Shown here: positions 41,329 through 53,319 of the stretch, piece after piece
Numbering within the stretch: the stretch's first letter is position 1
Layout of the letters: each line of letters opens with the position of its first letter
DNA from: Octopus vulgaris
Lineage: Eukaryota
DNA: 64,000 bases
Reading direction: 5' to 3'
NCBI GenBank assembly: GCA_951406725.2
Contig: OX597829.1
Location: forward strand, 40,176,001 to 40,240,000
Translations under genes and position numbers: made by a program
The notes under the pieces: generated by a model
The model's database searches: none
Seen by the model: only the letters and a program-made list of their open reading frames with translations
What the model was told of the DNA's origin: nothing

Positions 41329-41842
41329 TGCTGAAGAGTTAAAGTCCTCATGTAAATAGCACTTCCATTCATGTGACCACTCCAAAATGCTTTCCCTGTG
41401 ATGCCAATCAGTTCTTCTATCAAAATTATTTTTGTCAAGAAACTGTCAACTTCTTTGTTATTGCAATATTAGGCTTGGAACACGATCGCTTCCTCAAAAT
41501 TCATCCACACCTATTTGGACAATTTTTATTTCATTGTTTTATTTAATTTTTTTTTTTCTAGATCTGTTTACCATACTTGCTTCTATGTAACTCCTACCTG
41601 TTTTTGTAGTATGTGTTTTAATGCTTCTTGTGGCAAACAAATATGTAACTGGATGAATAAGTACTTTATGAATAAATATTTTAATATATACGTCATCATC
41701 ATTATTACTATTATTAACATTATTTCATTATTTAAGGTGGTGAGCAGGTAAAATGCCGCTAAGCATTTTACCTGTCTTTACATTCTGACTTCAAATGATA
41801 CAAGGATTTTTGCCTTCCCCTTTTCATCATCACCACTATTCT

Positions 41843-42470
41843 CCAGCCTTTTAGCATTCACATTATTCTATCGGATGTAATGCTTGTTTATTCACATTGT
41901 TTTGAATTAATTATACGTTACCTTGTAGCTTTGAAACTTCAATGATATGATTGTATATTTTTAGAATGACATTTTAAGGTAGGTACGAGAGACTGTTTCC
42001 AACAATTTGGTGCGACAGCAGTGCAGAATCACATCCCTCCGACAAGTCATCCTAACGAGACGTCTGCGTTGGCTGGGTCATGCCCTCCGTCGTCAACCAG
42101 GAGAATTCATCTATGAAACAATTGCCCCAGCTCTCCTTCAGGGTTGGCAAAAGCGATGTGGTGGACAACGAGAAACCTGGCTGATGACAGTCAAGGCTGA
42201 TCTGGAACCCAACCTTTGCCCCCTACCTATGGCGTTCGCTGCTGGAATAAGGAGTGGTTGGAGATCACACAGTCGTTAGCCTCAAATTGCCAGGTCTGGT
42301 CGGCATTTGTGAGAGATGCAGCACTGAGGATGAATGAAGCCAGCTCAACCCACCCCGGGTGAATGCTGTCTCAAGTCAAGTCAAGTCAGTCTGGATCTAG
42401 CCAATTTGAACATAAAAAACAAATAGTAAATTCAGGCTTGATATGGCTGATTTAAATGCTAAAGAACTAG
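41843..42470 (+). mobile_element. Degenerate family P MITE split by a LINE fragment
   Basis: MITE left part 41843-41993 and right part 42391-42470 are colinear with the 21754 copy. Confidence 0.7.
41994..42390 (+). pseudogene. 5'-truncated RTE-like LINE 3' end
   Basis: ORF 42007-42279 RRLRWLGHALRR...GGQRETW..TVKADL; (CAAGT)n tail at 42371-42390. Confidence 0.85.
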
Positions 42471-44605
42471 AGAAGACCTTTCCCTGAGTCACAATCCTGA
42501 TCACTGAAATCCTTTGTAAATTATCTCCACCATCTTTACACCAACCACCTGTATACACACACCTTCCCTAGCCTTATTTTCTTTTCATTTCATACATACC
42601 TCCTTTTCCTTTCTTATCTCACTCTCTCTAATAATTCGAATTTAAATATGTAGGTTATTAATATTTTATTGCAACCCCTTAAAAACACTGAGTTTTTTTT
42701 TTTCTTTCTTTTTCTTTACTGCTGTGTTTTCTTTTTTCTAATTTAGTAGGCAGGGCTGTGTCCTCATTCAGCTTGACAAGCAACTACCTAATAATATCAC
42801 CTCCTACCTCCACTCGTCATTGTTTCTTCTCCTTTTCCTTTCCTTTCCTTCTATGCCCACTACATCCTGAGTTAAAGCATCCAGCTTCTACAGCCAAAAG
42901 AGGAGTCCCTTAAAAAGTGATCACCTAGATAACTAGAAATAGCAGCTATATATCTCTCAAATCACACCTGTTCATGCATGCACATACAGACACTCAAATG
43001 CCAAACACACACACACACAGACTTAAAAGAAAAAAGAAAAAGAAAGGACACGTTGGATAATGAGTTTTTGATCCACCACAGGTAACCTGTGGGTCCCATG
43101 GAATTCTCAGAAAATTTACCTTTAATTTATTTTTCGTAGGTGCAGACCATCTGATAAATGAGCTCAACGGAAGGTTGCCCATGCCTCTTCTAGACATACT
43201 GTGTTTGAGAAGTAGGACATGATGGTCATAACTAGGAATGTCTTTGATCATAGGTTTGCCAAGATCAGGAATGTATTGGTGGCAGAATGGTGTGTGTGTG
43301 TATGTGTGTGTGTGTCTGTGTGTGTTAGACCTGGGAAATCAACAGCCAGCAAAAGCGACATCCGTGTCCCTGCCCACTCCCCCACCCCACTCATAACCCC
43401 GCCAACCCACCTTTTTGCATTAGACTAAAACTGCCTGAGGTGTGAGGACTAACATGGTGAAAGCAACAGGAAGAACAACAATAACTACTACAACTACCAT
43501 CCAGTGAATGCTATTATGATAATCACTATAAATACCGTCACTGTGCCCGCCCCCCACCCGTCTCTCTCCTCCTCCACCCCCACCCTAACTCTTGATTCAT
43601 CTTTAATTATCCATTTGCTACTTCAGCTCTTTGTCTCACACCTTTAAACTCTTCTTCTTCTTTCTTTCTTCTTCAAGTCAGTCAGTAACTGTGTCACACC
43701 AACTCTTTCAAAAACACCACCCTGATTTACCTCCCCCATTTCCTTCTTTGACTATCTGTCTGCCTGCTTGTCTGTCTGTCTGAGTCCCTTCTCTGTCTCT
43801 GCATGTCTCTCTCTTCCTTTTTCTCTTTCTTGCTCATTCTCTCTGTTGCTGTTAATATACATACAGCTTATATTACTAATAACCTTTTGCATTTCAAGTA
43901 AAGAAAATTAATGACAATTAATGATGGTTGATGATGATGACGATGATAATGGCTAGAGGTGATGATAATGAGGGTTGTTTTTGCTGTTTAAACCTAAAGT
44001 CAATCCTTATTGAGCAGTGCTGTCTTTCATGATCTTTAACATTCCTACAATGACCAATCCTATTTTAGTTCCAGTCTTGCTGTATGGTTTGAAAGATATT
44101 TGGCTGCTATTTCTAGTAGCCTCATAAACTGATTCTTTCCTTGTCTTATGACCATTATTGAGTTAGCTACCAGGCTGCATCCTGATTGAGCAGACAGATG
44201 AATAAAGGCACTCCAATAACCCACCAGTTGTTTCATATATATATATATATATATATAGATCAATAAATGGTGGGGTTGTGTTGACCGCACGGGGAGAAAT
44301 GATAAGCAATGAAAAATTGTAAAAATGCAGAATGCTCGATTGAAAGAAAATTTTAATGAATTGAGAAAATGAAAAAATATATAAATATATATTTATTCAA
44401 ACCGGTTTTCGTCATAGTTTGACTTATCAAGAATAGTTAGGTGTCGCCGTATTTCATTCCACAATGACTACCTCTGATGAGTGCAAGGTTACATAATTGG
44501 ACTGTTACCTGAATCTCTGTTGAATCCCTAGTGTGAAACTGATGGGTAAAATCAGCCATAATGAATATATAATACTGTACACTTCCATTGATATATATGT
44601 GTGAG

Positions 44606-44636
<31 letters not shown>

Positions 44637-45550
44637 GAGAGAAAGAGATCATTGTCATCATTTAACATGTTTTCCATGCTGGCATGGGTTTGATAGCTTA
44701 ACAGGAACTAGCAAAGCCAGGGGTTGCACCAGTTTCCATAGTATGTTTTGGCTGTTTATTCATATGGCAGGATCTACATGTTCTCTCCTTTTTTTTATAC
44801 CTTTACACTACCATATTTCAGCTGAAATACACTGCTTTCATTTCAATTAATTTTGATAATTATGAGCAATTTAGTAGAATAATTTTGTTGTTATTAAGCT
44901 GGTGTTAAGAACATAAATTAACCAGGAATTTTGATAGAAGGTTTTAATTTACAGAGAGTTTGTATCACAGAATCAGGAACAGTCCTCTTGGCATCGAAAG
45001 TGTTTTAAAACTGAAGGATGTAATTTGATGATTATTTTGCTATTGTTCCTGATTTGTGAACTTTTAACACCAACACCTGGTCCTTGAGTGCTTTTAGCAG
45101 AGTCTGTTGTGAGCAAGTCAAAGCCAGGTTTCTAGGTTGAGATTACCTTTCTCTTACCTTTTGAAAGGTTCTGAATCACAAGGGAGAACACTTCCTTCTT
45201 TGACTAAGCAATAACCCCGCCTGCCAACCCCAAAAAATACCTCATCTAACTAGGTTTGCTTGAAAAATGATTAATTTCTTTAGTAATGATAATCTTTTTC
45301 ATTATCCACCTTTGTCTATATCATTCATGCGCAACCTGTGGCCTACATGTCTTTCTAAATTTTTTTTTGTAGTAGTGTGGCTTGCTCCAAAAAGGTTGCT
45401 CATGCTTTTTCCTGATCAATCTCTACTCTCATTTCATGTCTCAGGCTCCTTTTACAGGCTCAGTGATCATGGGCCGTCATGTTGGTGCTTGAAGATTTAG
45501 GATTTTTTTTTTTCTTAAGAAAGAAACAGCATTGACTTTCTGGATCGTTT

Positions 45551-45767
45551 CTCTTTTACTTGTTTCAGTCATTTGACTGCAGCCATGCTGGAGCCCTGCC
45601 TTGAAGGATTTTATAGAACAAATTGACCTCTGAACTTAAAAAGCTTAGTACTCATTCTATCGGTTTCTTTTTGCCAAAAAGCTAAGTTACAGGGATGTAA
45701 ACACACCAGCACTGGTTGTCAAGCAGTGAAAGTGGGACAAACACAATGACACACACACACATGTGTA

Positions 45768-45799
<32 letters not shown>

Positions 45800-46278
45800 G
45801 AAATCGATCAAAAATCAATGGAAATTGTAGTTGTGATACCAGTGCTAGTGGCATGTAAAAAGCACCAACCGATCGTGGCCGTTGCCAGCCTCGCCTGGCA
45901 CCTGTGCCAGTGGTACGTAAAAAGCACCTACTACACTCACGGAGTGGTTGGCGTTAGGAAGGGCATCCAGCTGTAGAAACACTGCTAGATCAGATTGGAG
46001 CCCGGTGCAGCCTTCTGGCTTCCCAGACCCCAGTTGAACCGTCCAACCCATGCTAGCATGGAAAGCGGGCGTTAAACGATGAAGATGATGATGATATATA
46101 TATATATATATATATATACGATGGGTTTCTTCTAGTTTTCCTCTACCAAATCTACTTGCAAGGCTTTGGTTGATCTGGAGGCTATAGTTGAAGACAAGTG
46201 CCCAAGGTGCCACACAGTGGGACTGAACCTGGAACCGTGTGGTTGGGAAGCAAGCTTCTTCCCACACAGCCATGCCAT
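45551..46278 (-). mobile_element. SINE family B with a nested SINE-C (45846-46095, plus strand) in its microsatellite
   Basis: B tail at 45551-45760 and B head at 46118-46278; the C copy ends in (GAT)n. Confidence 0.8.
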
Positions 46279-46584
46279 CAACCAATTTTGCTAAATCTGC
46301 TAGTCTCCTACATGCCCAAGCGTACCCTGGGAGGACATAGTATTTGACAGCTTATGTGATTTGCTATAATATCATTTACTTGTTTTTAGTCATTAGACTG
46401 TGGCCATGCTGGGGCTTGACGAACTTTTGTTGAATGAATTGACCCCTGTTCTTATTTCTTTTAAGCCTGGTACTCAATTTATTAGTCTCTTGTGTCAAAC
46501 AGCTAAGTTATGGTGGTGTAAACACACCAACACCATTGGCAAGCAGTGATAGGGGACAAACATACATATTCACACATGCATATA

Positions 46585-46955
46585 TCATCATCATCATCAT
46601 CGTTTAACGTCCGCTTTCCATGCTAGCATGGGTTGGACGGTTCAACTGGGGTCTGGCAAGCCCGAAGGCTACACCAGGCCAGTCAGATCTGGCAGTGTTT
46701 CTACAGCTGGATGCCCTTCCTAACGCCAACCACTCCGAGAGTGTAGTGGGTGATTTTATGTGCCACCGACACAGGTGCCAGACGAAGCTGGCAGACGGCC
46801 ACGCTCGGATGGTGTTTTTTATGTGCCACCGACACAGGTGCCAGACGAGGCTGGCAGACGGCCACGCTCGGATATGGTGTTTTCGGTGTTTTTCTTATGT
46901 GCCACCGACACAGGTGCCAGACGAGGCTGGCGAACGGCTACGATCGGATGGTGTT
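46585..46955 (-). mobile_element. SINE family C with a triplicated module of about 61 bp
   Basis: TTATGTGCCACCGACACAGGTGCCAGACGA..CTGGC..ACGGC.ACG.TCGGAT occurs three times in 46757-46955. Confidence 0.85.
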
Positions 46956-47202
46956 TGTATATATATATATATATATACAAATAAGAAAATGGAGAAACAA
47001 ATTCATCTTGTTCACCAACTTATGGATATTTTGTAATATTTACGGTAAAAATATTTTTTACCTTCACCCATTTAATACAATAAATGAATTAATTGCATTG
47101 CAATTAAAAACATTTATGTATTAAGAATTTGGGTACTTTACCAACAGTATATTGGATAAATGCTATCCCATAGTGGGCTTCATTCATAACCCTTATCTTA
47201 CT

Positions 47203-47278
<76 letters not shown>

Positions 47279-47281
<3 letters not shown>

Positions 47282-47425
47282 CGCAGGAGTGGCTGTGTGG
47301 TAAGTAGCTTGCTAACCAACCACATGGTTCCAGGTTCAGTCCCACTGCGTGGCATCTTGGGCAAGTGTCTTCTGCTATAGCCCCGGGTCGACCAATGCCT
47401 TGTGAGTGGATTTGGTAGACGGAAA
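47279..47425 (+). mobile_element. SINE family B, 5' half
   Basis: Head through GGATTTGGTAGACGGAAA. Confidence 0.85.
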
Positions 47426-47658
47426 TATTGAATTTCTAAATCTCTCGTAGAGACATGTACGGTGGTGGGGCGATAGATGCAGTTCCGGCAGCCGGGGGTG
47501 TTTGTCTCCCCTTCGTATATGTATATAAGGACACAGGGAAAAAATGTGTCAAAGCTATCAGGAGGCGTTCGATGCTTCCTAGGGCTATACAGCGGTGGTG
47601 TACCCCCTACTGTCACGTTCTTGTTAGATTGACAGTATACAACCATTCTATATATATT

Positions 47659-47690
<32 letters not shown>

Positions 47691-48476
47691 TATATATATA
47701 TATGTATGTACGTGTGTGTGTATAATTACACAACAGGTTTCTTTCAATTTCTGTCTACTAAATCCACTCGGACAGGGATTGAACTCAGAGCCATGTGGTT
47801 GAGAAGCAAGTTTCTTACCACACAGCCATGCCTGTGCCTAAAACACGAAATATCCTAGAAACTCATCCTGCATCTTAAAACATGCAGATAGAGGGGGGTT
47901 TTTTTCTTTCTTTTTTTTTCTTTGTTATTGGCAAGTTTTGGTTCATGAAATGGCCTGATAAAACGTTTTATAAGCTCATGTGGTTTACAAGTCGTCAAAT
48001 ACAATATCTTTGAAGTGGAAGCAAAGAAAAACAACTATTGTCATCGTTAAATCTACGAAGGATTTTTACCAACGCCATCAGGGCAAAGATAGTTGAAGTG
48101 ACAGGTGAATTGACCTCTGCTTCATGGCTGGCCAGTGAATTTGTTTAGTAGTTTTTATAAATCGTTCGTTGTAATGCTTTGTGCGTCTGAGTGCTGCTGG
48201 AAAGAGGAAGAATAAAGACAAAAATTATTAAAGATCTGATAGGAACCAATTCTTTACTGACGTTAAAATATTCTGACAATAAAAGAAAGAAAAAATCTAT
48301 ATACAGTCTGATACTAAAACTCGATAAAGCTTCCCCTAAGCCAAAACACGTTATAATTCTCCCATTTGCATGTACCATCACCAGAATTCTTTTTCTTCTG
48401 ACGAAAACGTTCAGTCAAAGCTGAAGGGATTGCTAAATTTTTCAATAAAATAAAAATAAAAATAAAAAATCAAAGA

Positions 48477-48870
48477 AGCAGGAGTGGCTGGTAAGTAGCT
48501 TGCTAACCAACCACATGGTTCCGGGTTCAATCCCACTGCATGGCATCTTGGGCAAGTGTCTTCTGCTATAGCCCCGGGCCAACCAATGCCTTGTGAGTGG
48601 ATTTGGTAGACGGAAACTGGAAGAAGCCCATCGTATATATGTGTGTGTGTGTGTGTGTATATGTTTGTGTGTCTGTGTTTATCCCCCACAACATCGCTTG
48701 ACAACCGATGCTGGTGTGTTTACGTCCCCGTCACTTAGCAGTTCGGCAAAAGAGACCGATAGAATAAGTACTGGGCTTACAAAGAATAAGTCGCGGGGTC
48801 GATTTGCTCGACTAAAGGCGGTGCTCTAGCATGGCCGCAGTCAAATGACTTAAACATGTAAAAGAGTAAA
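48477..48870 (+). mobile_element. SINE family B, full length
   Basis: Head, CORE-like region, microsatellite and GTAAAAGA tail. Confidence 0.9.
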
Positions 48871-49529
48871 AGAGAGAGAGAGAAGCCACTCTGTCAGTTA
48901 CTTGATCAGCTAGAAATAGTGACCAAATCTTCAAACCTTTTATTTATTTTTTTTACTTGTTTTAGTCACTGGACTGTGACGATGCTGGAACACTGCCGTG
49001 AAGGGTTTTAGTTGACTCCACTACACTTTCTTTTTTTTTTTTTAAAGCCTGGTGATGCCACATAAAAAGCATCCAGTCCACTCTGTAAAATGGTTGGTGT
49101 GCCATGCTTGTGCCATGTAAAAAAGCACTAAGTCCACTCTGCTGGGTGGTTGGCATTAGGAAGGGCATCCAGCTGTAAAAGCCCTGCCAAAACACACACA
49201 GAATCAAGGTGCAGGCTCCTGACAAACCGTCCAACCCATGCCAGCATGGAAAGCGGACATTAACAATGATGATGATGGTACTTATTCTATCAGCCTCTTT
49301 CGCCAAACTGCAAGTTACGGAGATGTAAACCACCCAACACCAGATGCCCAGGCAAGGTGGGAGACAAAACACAAAGTCATATGGTCAATGTTTTACACCT
49401 GTTTAAAATTTTACCTGAACATGGTGGATTATATATTATGATGTAATCTATGAACATATCAATAAAATTCTTCCGAAACAGTTGTTGTAAATTTTAAACC
49501 GCATTCATGTACTTTTTTTTCTTTTATAT

Positions 49530-49772
49530 TCCGTGCCGGTGGCACGTAAAAAGCACCAACCGATCGTGGCCGTTGCCAGCCTCGCCTGGCACGTAAAAAG
49601 TACCCACTACACTCACGGAGTGGTTGGCTTTAGGAAGGGCATCCAGCAGTAGAAACACTGCCAGATCAGACTGGAGGCTGGTGCAGCCTTCTGGCTTCAC
49701 AGACCCTGGTCGAACCGTCCAACCCATGCTAGCACGGAAAACGGACATTAAACGATGATGATGATGATGATG
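49530..49772 (+). mobile_element. SINE family C
   Basis: GTGGCACGTAAAAAGCACC motif twice, AGGAAGGGCATCCAGC, (GAT)n tail. Confidence 0.85.
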
Positions 49773-49848
49773 ACATTGAACAATGATGATATTAGAAGCA
49801 CATAAAAGCAACCTTGAATCAGATTCAAAAAAGAATTATCAAATATAT

Positions 49849-49961
49849 TACATACATATAAGGGGGATGACCACTAAGTGAACATCCATTATGCTAGAAG
49901 TAGACCCCCTATGGTCTTACCACTAAGAAAGTATTGTGGTCGTCCCTCTTATATGTATGTA
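49849..49961. repeat. Short fold-back element
   Basis: TACATACATATAAGGGGGATGACCAC and GTGGTCGTCCCTCTTATATGTATGTA; weaker outer extension to 49821-49980. Confidence 0.75.
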
Positions 49962-50157
49962 CTATAATTTTTCTGAATCTTTAATATGCTAGACCACTGG
50001 TTTTAAATTGATATTAATCAAATTAATATTCAATTTTTCACCCTTATTATTATAAATTTATCTATCTATCTATCCACCTACCTACTTATGTACCTATCTA
50101 TCTATCTATCTATCTACCTACCTACCTACCTATATATATTCATACATATATATATAT

Positions 50158-50551
50158 GTTTTTTAAAATAATTTCCACGTAACTAAATACTTTCAAACTT
50201 CGTATACTGGTAGAATGTGTTTATAAAACATCTTTTTCTCTTGGCTTTATTGAGAAAATTCTATAGTTTGTAACATATTTGTTGGGTTTTTGTCTTCAGT
50301 TTCTGCAATTTCAACCAATCAATGACGTCCATTGAGGTAAAAAAAAAACACATTCTGTGCCGTATGAATATGTACCTCGTTTAAGAAACAGATTGGGTTT
50401 ATTTACATTTCTGAAGAAAAAAAGATACCCTTCCCCCACCCTAACCCTAAAACACATTGAAATGCAATAGATCGATACTAGGGTCATAATTATGGGTGAC
50501 AATTTCATATGACACCGCTAGAAAAAACTGCCGTTCAAACCGAAAAGATGC
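50158..50551 (-). mobile_element. MITE family E lacking most of one TIR
   Basis: Reverse complement of the 5725 copy. Confidence 0.9.
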
Positions 50552-51818
50552 ATTTTTTGTTCTATCAAATTCTTTTGTCGATCCGCTAATATTCAACTTC
50601 AGACTTTAAAAGTCATTCGTTTATGCATGGACTTTCAGTTACAATTATTAGGTTTTTTTTTTCTTTTAAATCCGGAAACTGATTGTGGTTAGAGGATTTG
50701 TACTTTTCTTTTATTCGTAATAAATATATTTTCGTTTGCACTTTAAGTGTATAAATTATAATTTTTCTGTTGTCACATTTTATATCCACAATAAACAGAA
50801 ATTTTAAACAGCAGCATAAAAAAAAAATGTTTGTAAAGTTAAACAATTTAATTTTTTTAAATGCAAACAAAATACATTCATACATTACAAATATGAACAC
50901 CAAATAAAAAGTCAAACTGCTATAAATCCCCCTAAGCCTAATAAATTCCTGATTTAATATAATAACACAATTGTTTTGTTTGTTTTTTAAAGTAAGCAAA
51001 TTTTTAAAATTTAAGAAAAAACAATTTTTTTAAGGGAAAACATTCTTTAATATATATACATATATTATGTCCGAATCGCTAGTATAAAAATAACAAATAC
51101 TTGTTCTAAAGGCATAATTTTAAAAATCGGGATACCTAAAATATTTAAGAGTGTACCGGTAGATATAGCATGTTTCTTTAAAACAGGCATTTCTTGAAAA
51201 TGGGCTGCACTATAAAGAAAAAAAAATTCAGGGTAATTTTTCGTTAGGTAAGTCCCATGGGCCGCAGTAAGCCAACACAGCTATAAAGTATGCTAGGTAT
51301 GAATGGAATTATAATTCTTTCTTATTTTGGTACAACGCCTGCAACTTTGAGGGGTGGAGAAGTCGATTCTTCAACCCCGTGCTTTAATAGAATTTATTTC
51401 ATAGATCCTGCAAGGACGAAAGGCAAAGTTGACCTCGGCATTATTTAAACTCGGAATGTAAAGCCAGAAGAAATATGTTAACCGGTGCAGTAAAGATTTT
51501 GCCAGCTCGCTGCCTTATTATTATTATTATTCCAAAACTGGAATTATAATAAAAGCAGCGAAGCATTAGCAGATACGATAACTGACCTAGTGCACGTTTA
51601 CTTAACACTTAACGTCATAAACCGCCCCCAATCCGCACCTCGTCACTAGGCACACAAACGGGTTGCACAGGATATGACCTGTAACATTTCAAGGTCACGT
51701 ATGCGCACATTCTAAACATACCTATCCGTTTTTAGTCTCTTTAACCAAATCCTTCTATGAACAAGGAGAAATGTATATAAGTGAAATGTATATTAGAGAA
51801 AAGTATATAAGTTAAATA

Positions 51819-52210
51819 AATTTCCTTATTGCCCACAGGGGGCTAAACATAGAGGGGACACACAAGGACAGACAAAGGGATTAAAACTGGTACTTTTTTA
51901 TCGACCCCGAAAAGATGAAAGGCGAAGTCGACCTCGGCGGATTAGAACTCAGAACGTAACGACAGACGAAATACCTATTTCTTTACTACCCACAAGGGGC
52001 TAAACACAGAGAGGACAAACAAAGACAGACAAACGGATTAAGTCGATTACATCGACCCCCAGTGTGTAACTGGTACTTAATTTATCGACCCCGAAAGGAT
52101 GAGAGGCAAAGTCGACCTCGGCGGAATTTTAACTCAGAAAGTAACCGGCAGACGAAATACGGCTACGCATTTCGCCCGGCGTGCTAACGTTTCTGCCAGC
52201 TCGCCGCCTT
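51819..52210 (-). mobile_element. SINE family A dimer
   Basis: Head plus two bodies. Confidence 0.9.
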
Positions 52211-53090
52211 CCTTTAAGCGTAACGATGTTACCCCTTTAAATTTGAATTAACCGAAACTGTTTCCTCCAAGTTAGAGAGTTGTCTTAACTCCCCTTCCTC
52301 CTACTTACCCCACAGACGTCCTTTCAGCTCTATGCTTGGGACAGGGAATACCCTTGGGCACCCGGGGACAAATTGCAAACGTATAAAAGAACCTGTCCGA
52401 TTAATAAGCTTTAAATTATAACTATACGAAGCCCTTTTATGCAGCTTAGGTTAAATTACTGTATTAGCGTTAACGAGCAGTTTTTAATTTGAATGCCCAC
52501 GAATGTAGTGTTCCATAGTCCTCTCTTACATGGCAGAAATGGTATTTAAATCTTCATCGTACCACCTTTAAGAAAGGACTCATTGAATATGGTCTTGGTG
52601 TACCAGTCCGTTGGTGAGGTGAGACTGGATAGCCATGACTGAGATGTATTCGATTCGGAGCGACCAGGAGTCAGCAATGAAAAAAAAGGAAAAACTTATG
52701 ATCGAACGATCGTGAGTTCCATTGTCGGACCGGTCAGCGCGTCGTGTCTTTTTCAGCAAGTCGTGTTATTTGATGTTGTTCTGGTTCATTCAGCTGAAAG
52801 TGAGTACCAACAAGAGCTGAAGAGAGAAGTTAACCTTGCGACGGACTGTTATCCTTTTCAGAGTCGAGACTCGCACTAACAGTTGCTTAAATGTTACAGA
52901 AACCAAGATAAACTCCGGCCTCAATGGGCTCCAGACAAACTAACCTTCATCAAATCTCGACTTTGTGGCAGCCTCCTACCAATACGATTTTGTCTTTGTC
53001 ACAACGTATTTCATCATCTGGGAGTCGGGGGTCAGTAATTGTTGTTCTAGATTTAACTGCAATTCAATTTTGTTACCAGTTGAAACATGC

Positions 53091-53319
53091 TTAACCCTTT
53101 CGTTACTGTATTTATTTTGAGATGCTCTGTGTTTCTTTCAATTACTTTTAAATATAAGAAAGAATTTAGAAAAATAACTTAGTTATGATTAAGCTTGTGT
53201 TAGGAACATAAATTGTGACTAAGGTTTGGTAGAAGATTTCAATTCAGAACTTTTGAAAGCAAGACATTTGTACTCAGAGCCAGAGCTGGTTTCAGCCGGG
53301 TTGGTAACGAAAGGGTTAA
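53091..53319. mobile_element. Second piggyBac-type MITE family
   Basis: TTAA-CCCTTTCGTTAC...GTAACGAAAGGG-TTAA; a degenerate relative lies near 44800-44980. Confidence 0.85.

Larger units (their letters stand above)
39479..41342 (+). mobile_element. piggyBac-type MITE (family P) expanded by an internal 45-bp tandem array
   Basis: Left part (CAACCTTTTATCATT...AGGGTAGGTGTGA) and right end (TTTAAATGCTGAAGAGTTAA) align with the 229-bp MITE at 21754. Confidence 0.8.

Noticed and set aside
47104-47733. 209-aa minus-strand ORF
   Set aside because: Runs through (TA)n tracts and a SINE-B copy and has no recognisable domain.
50311-50508. Recurring ORF MKLSPIIMTLVSIYCIS (also 55451 and 57586)
   Set aside because: Interior of the non-coding MITE-E; the frame is not conserved between copies.
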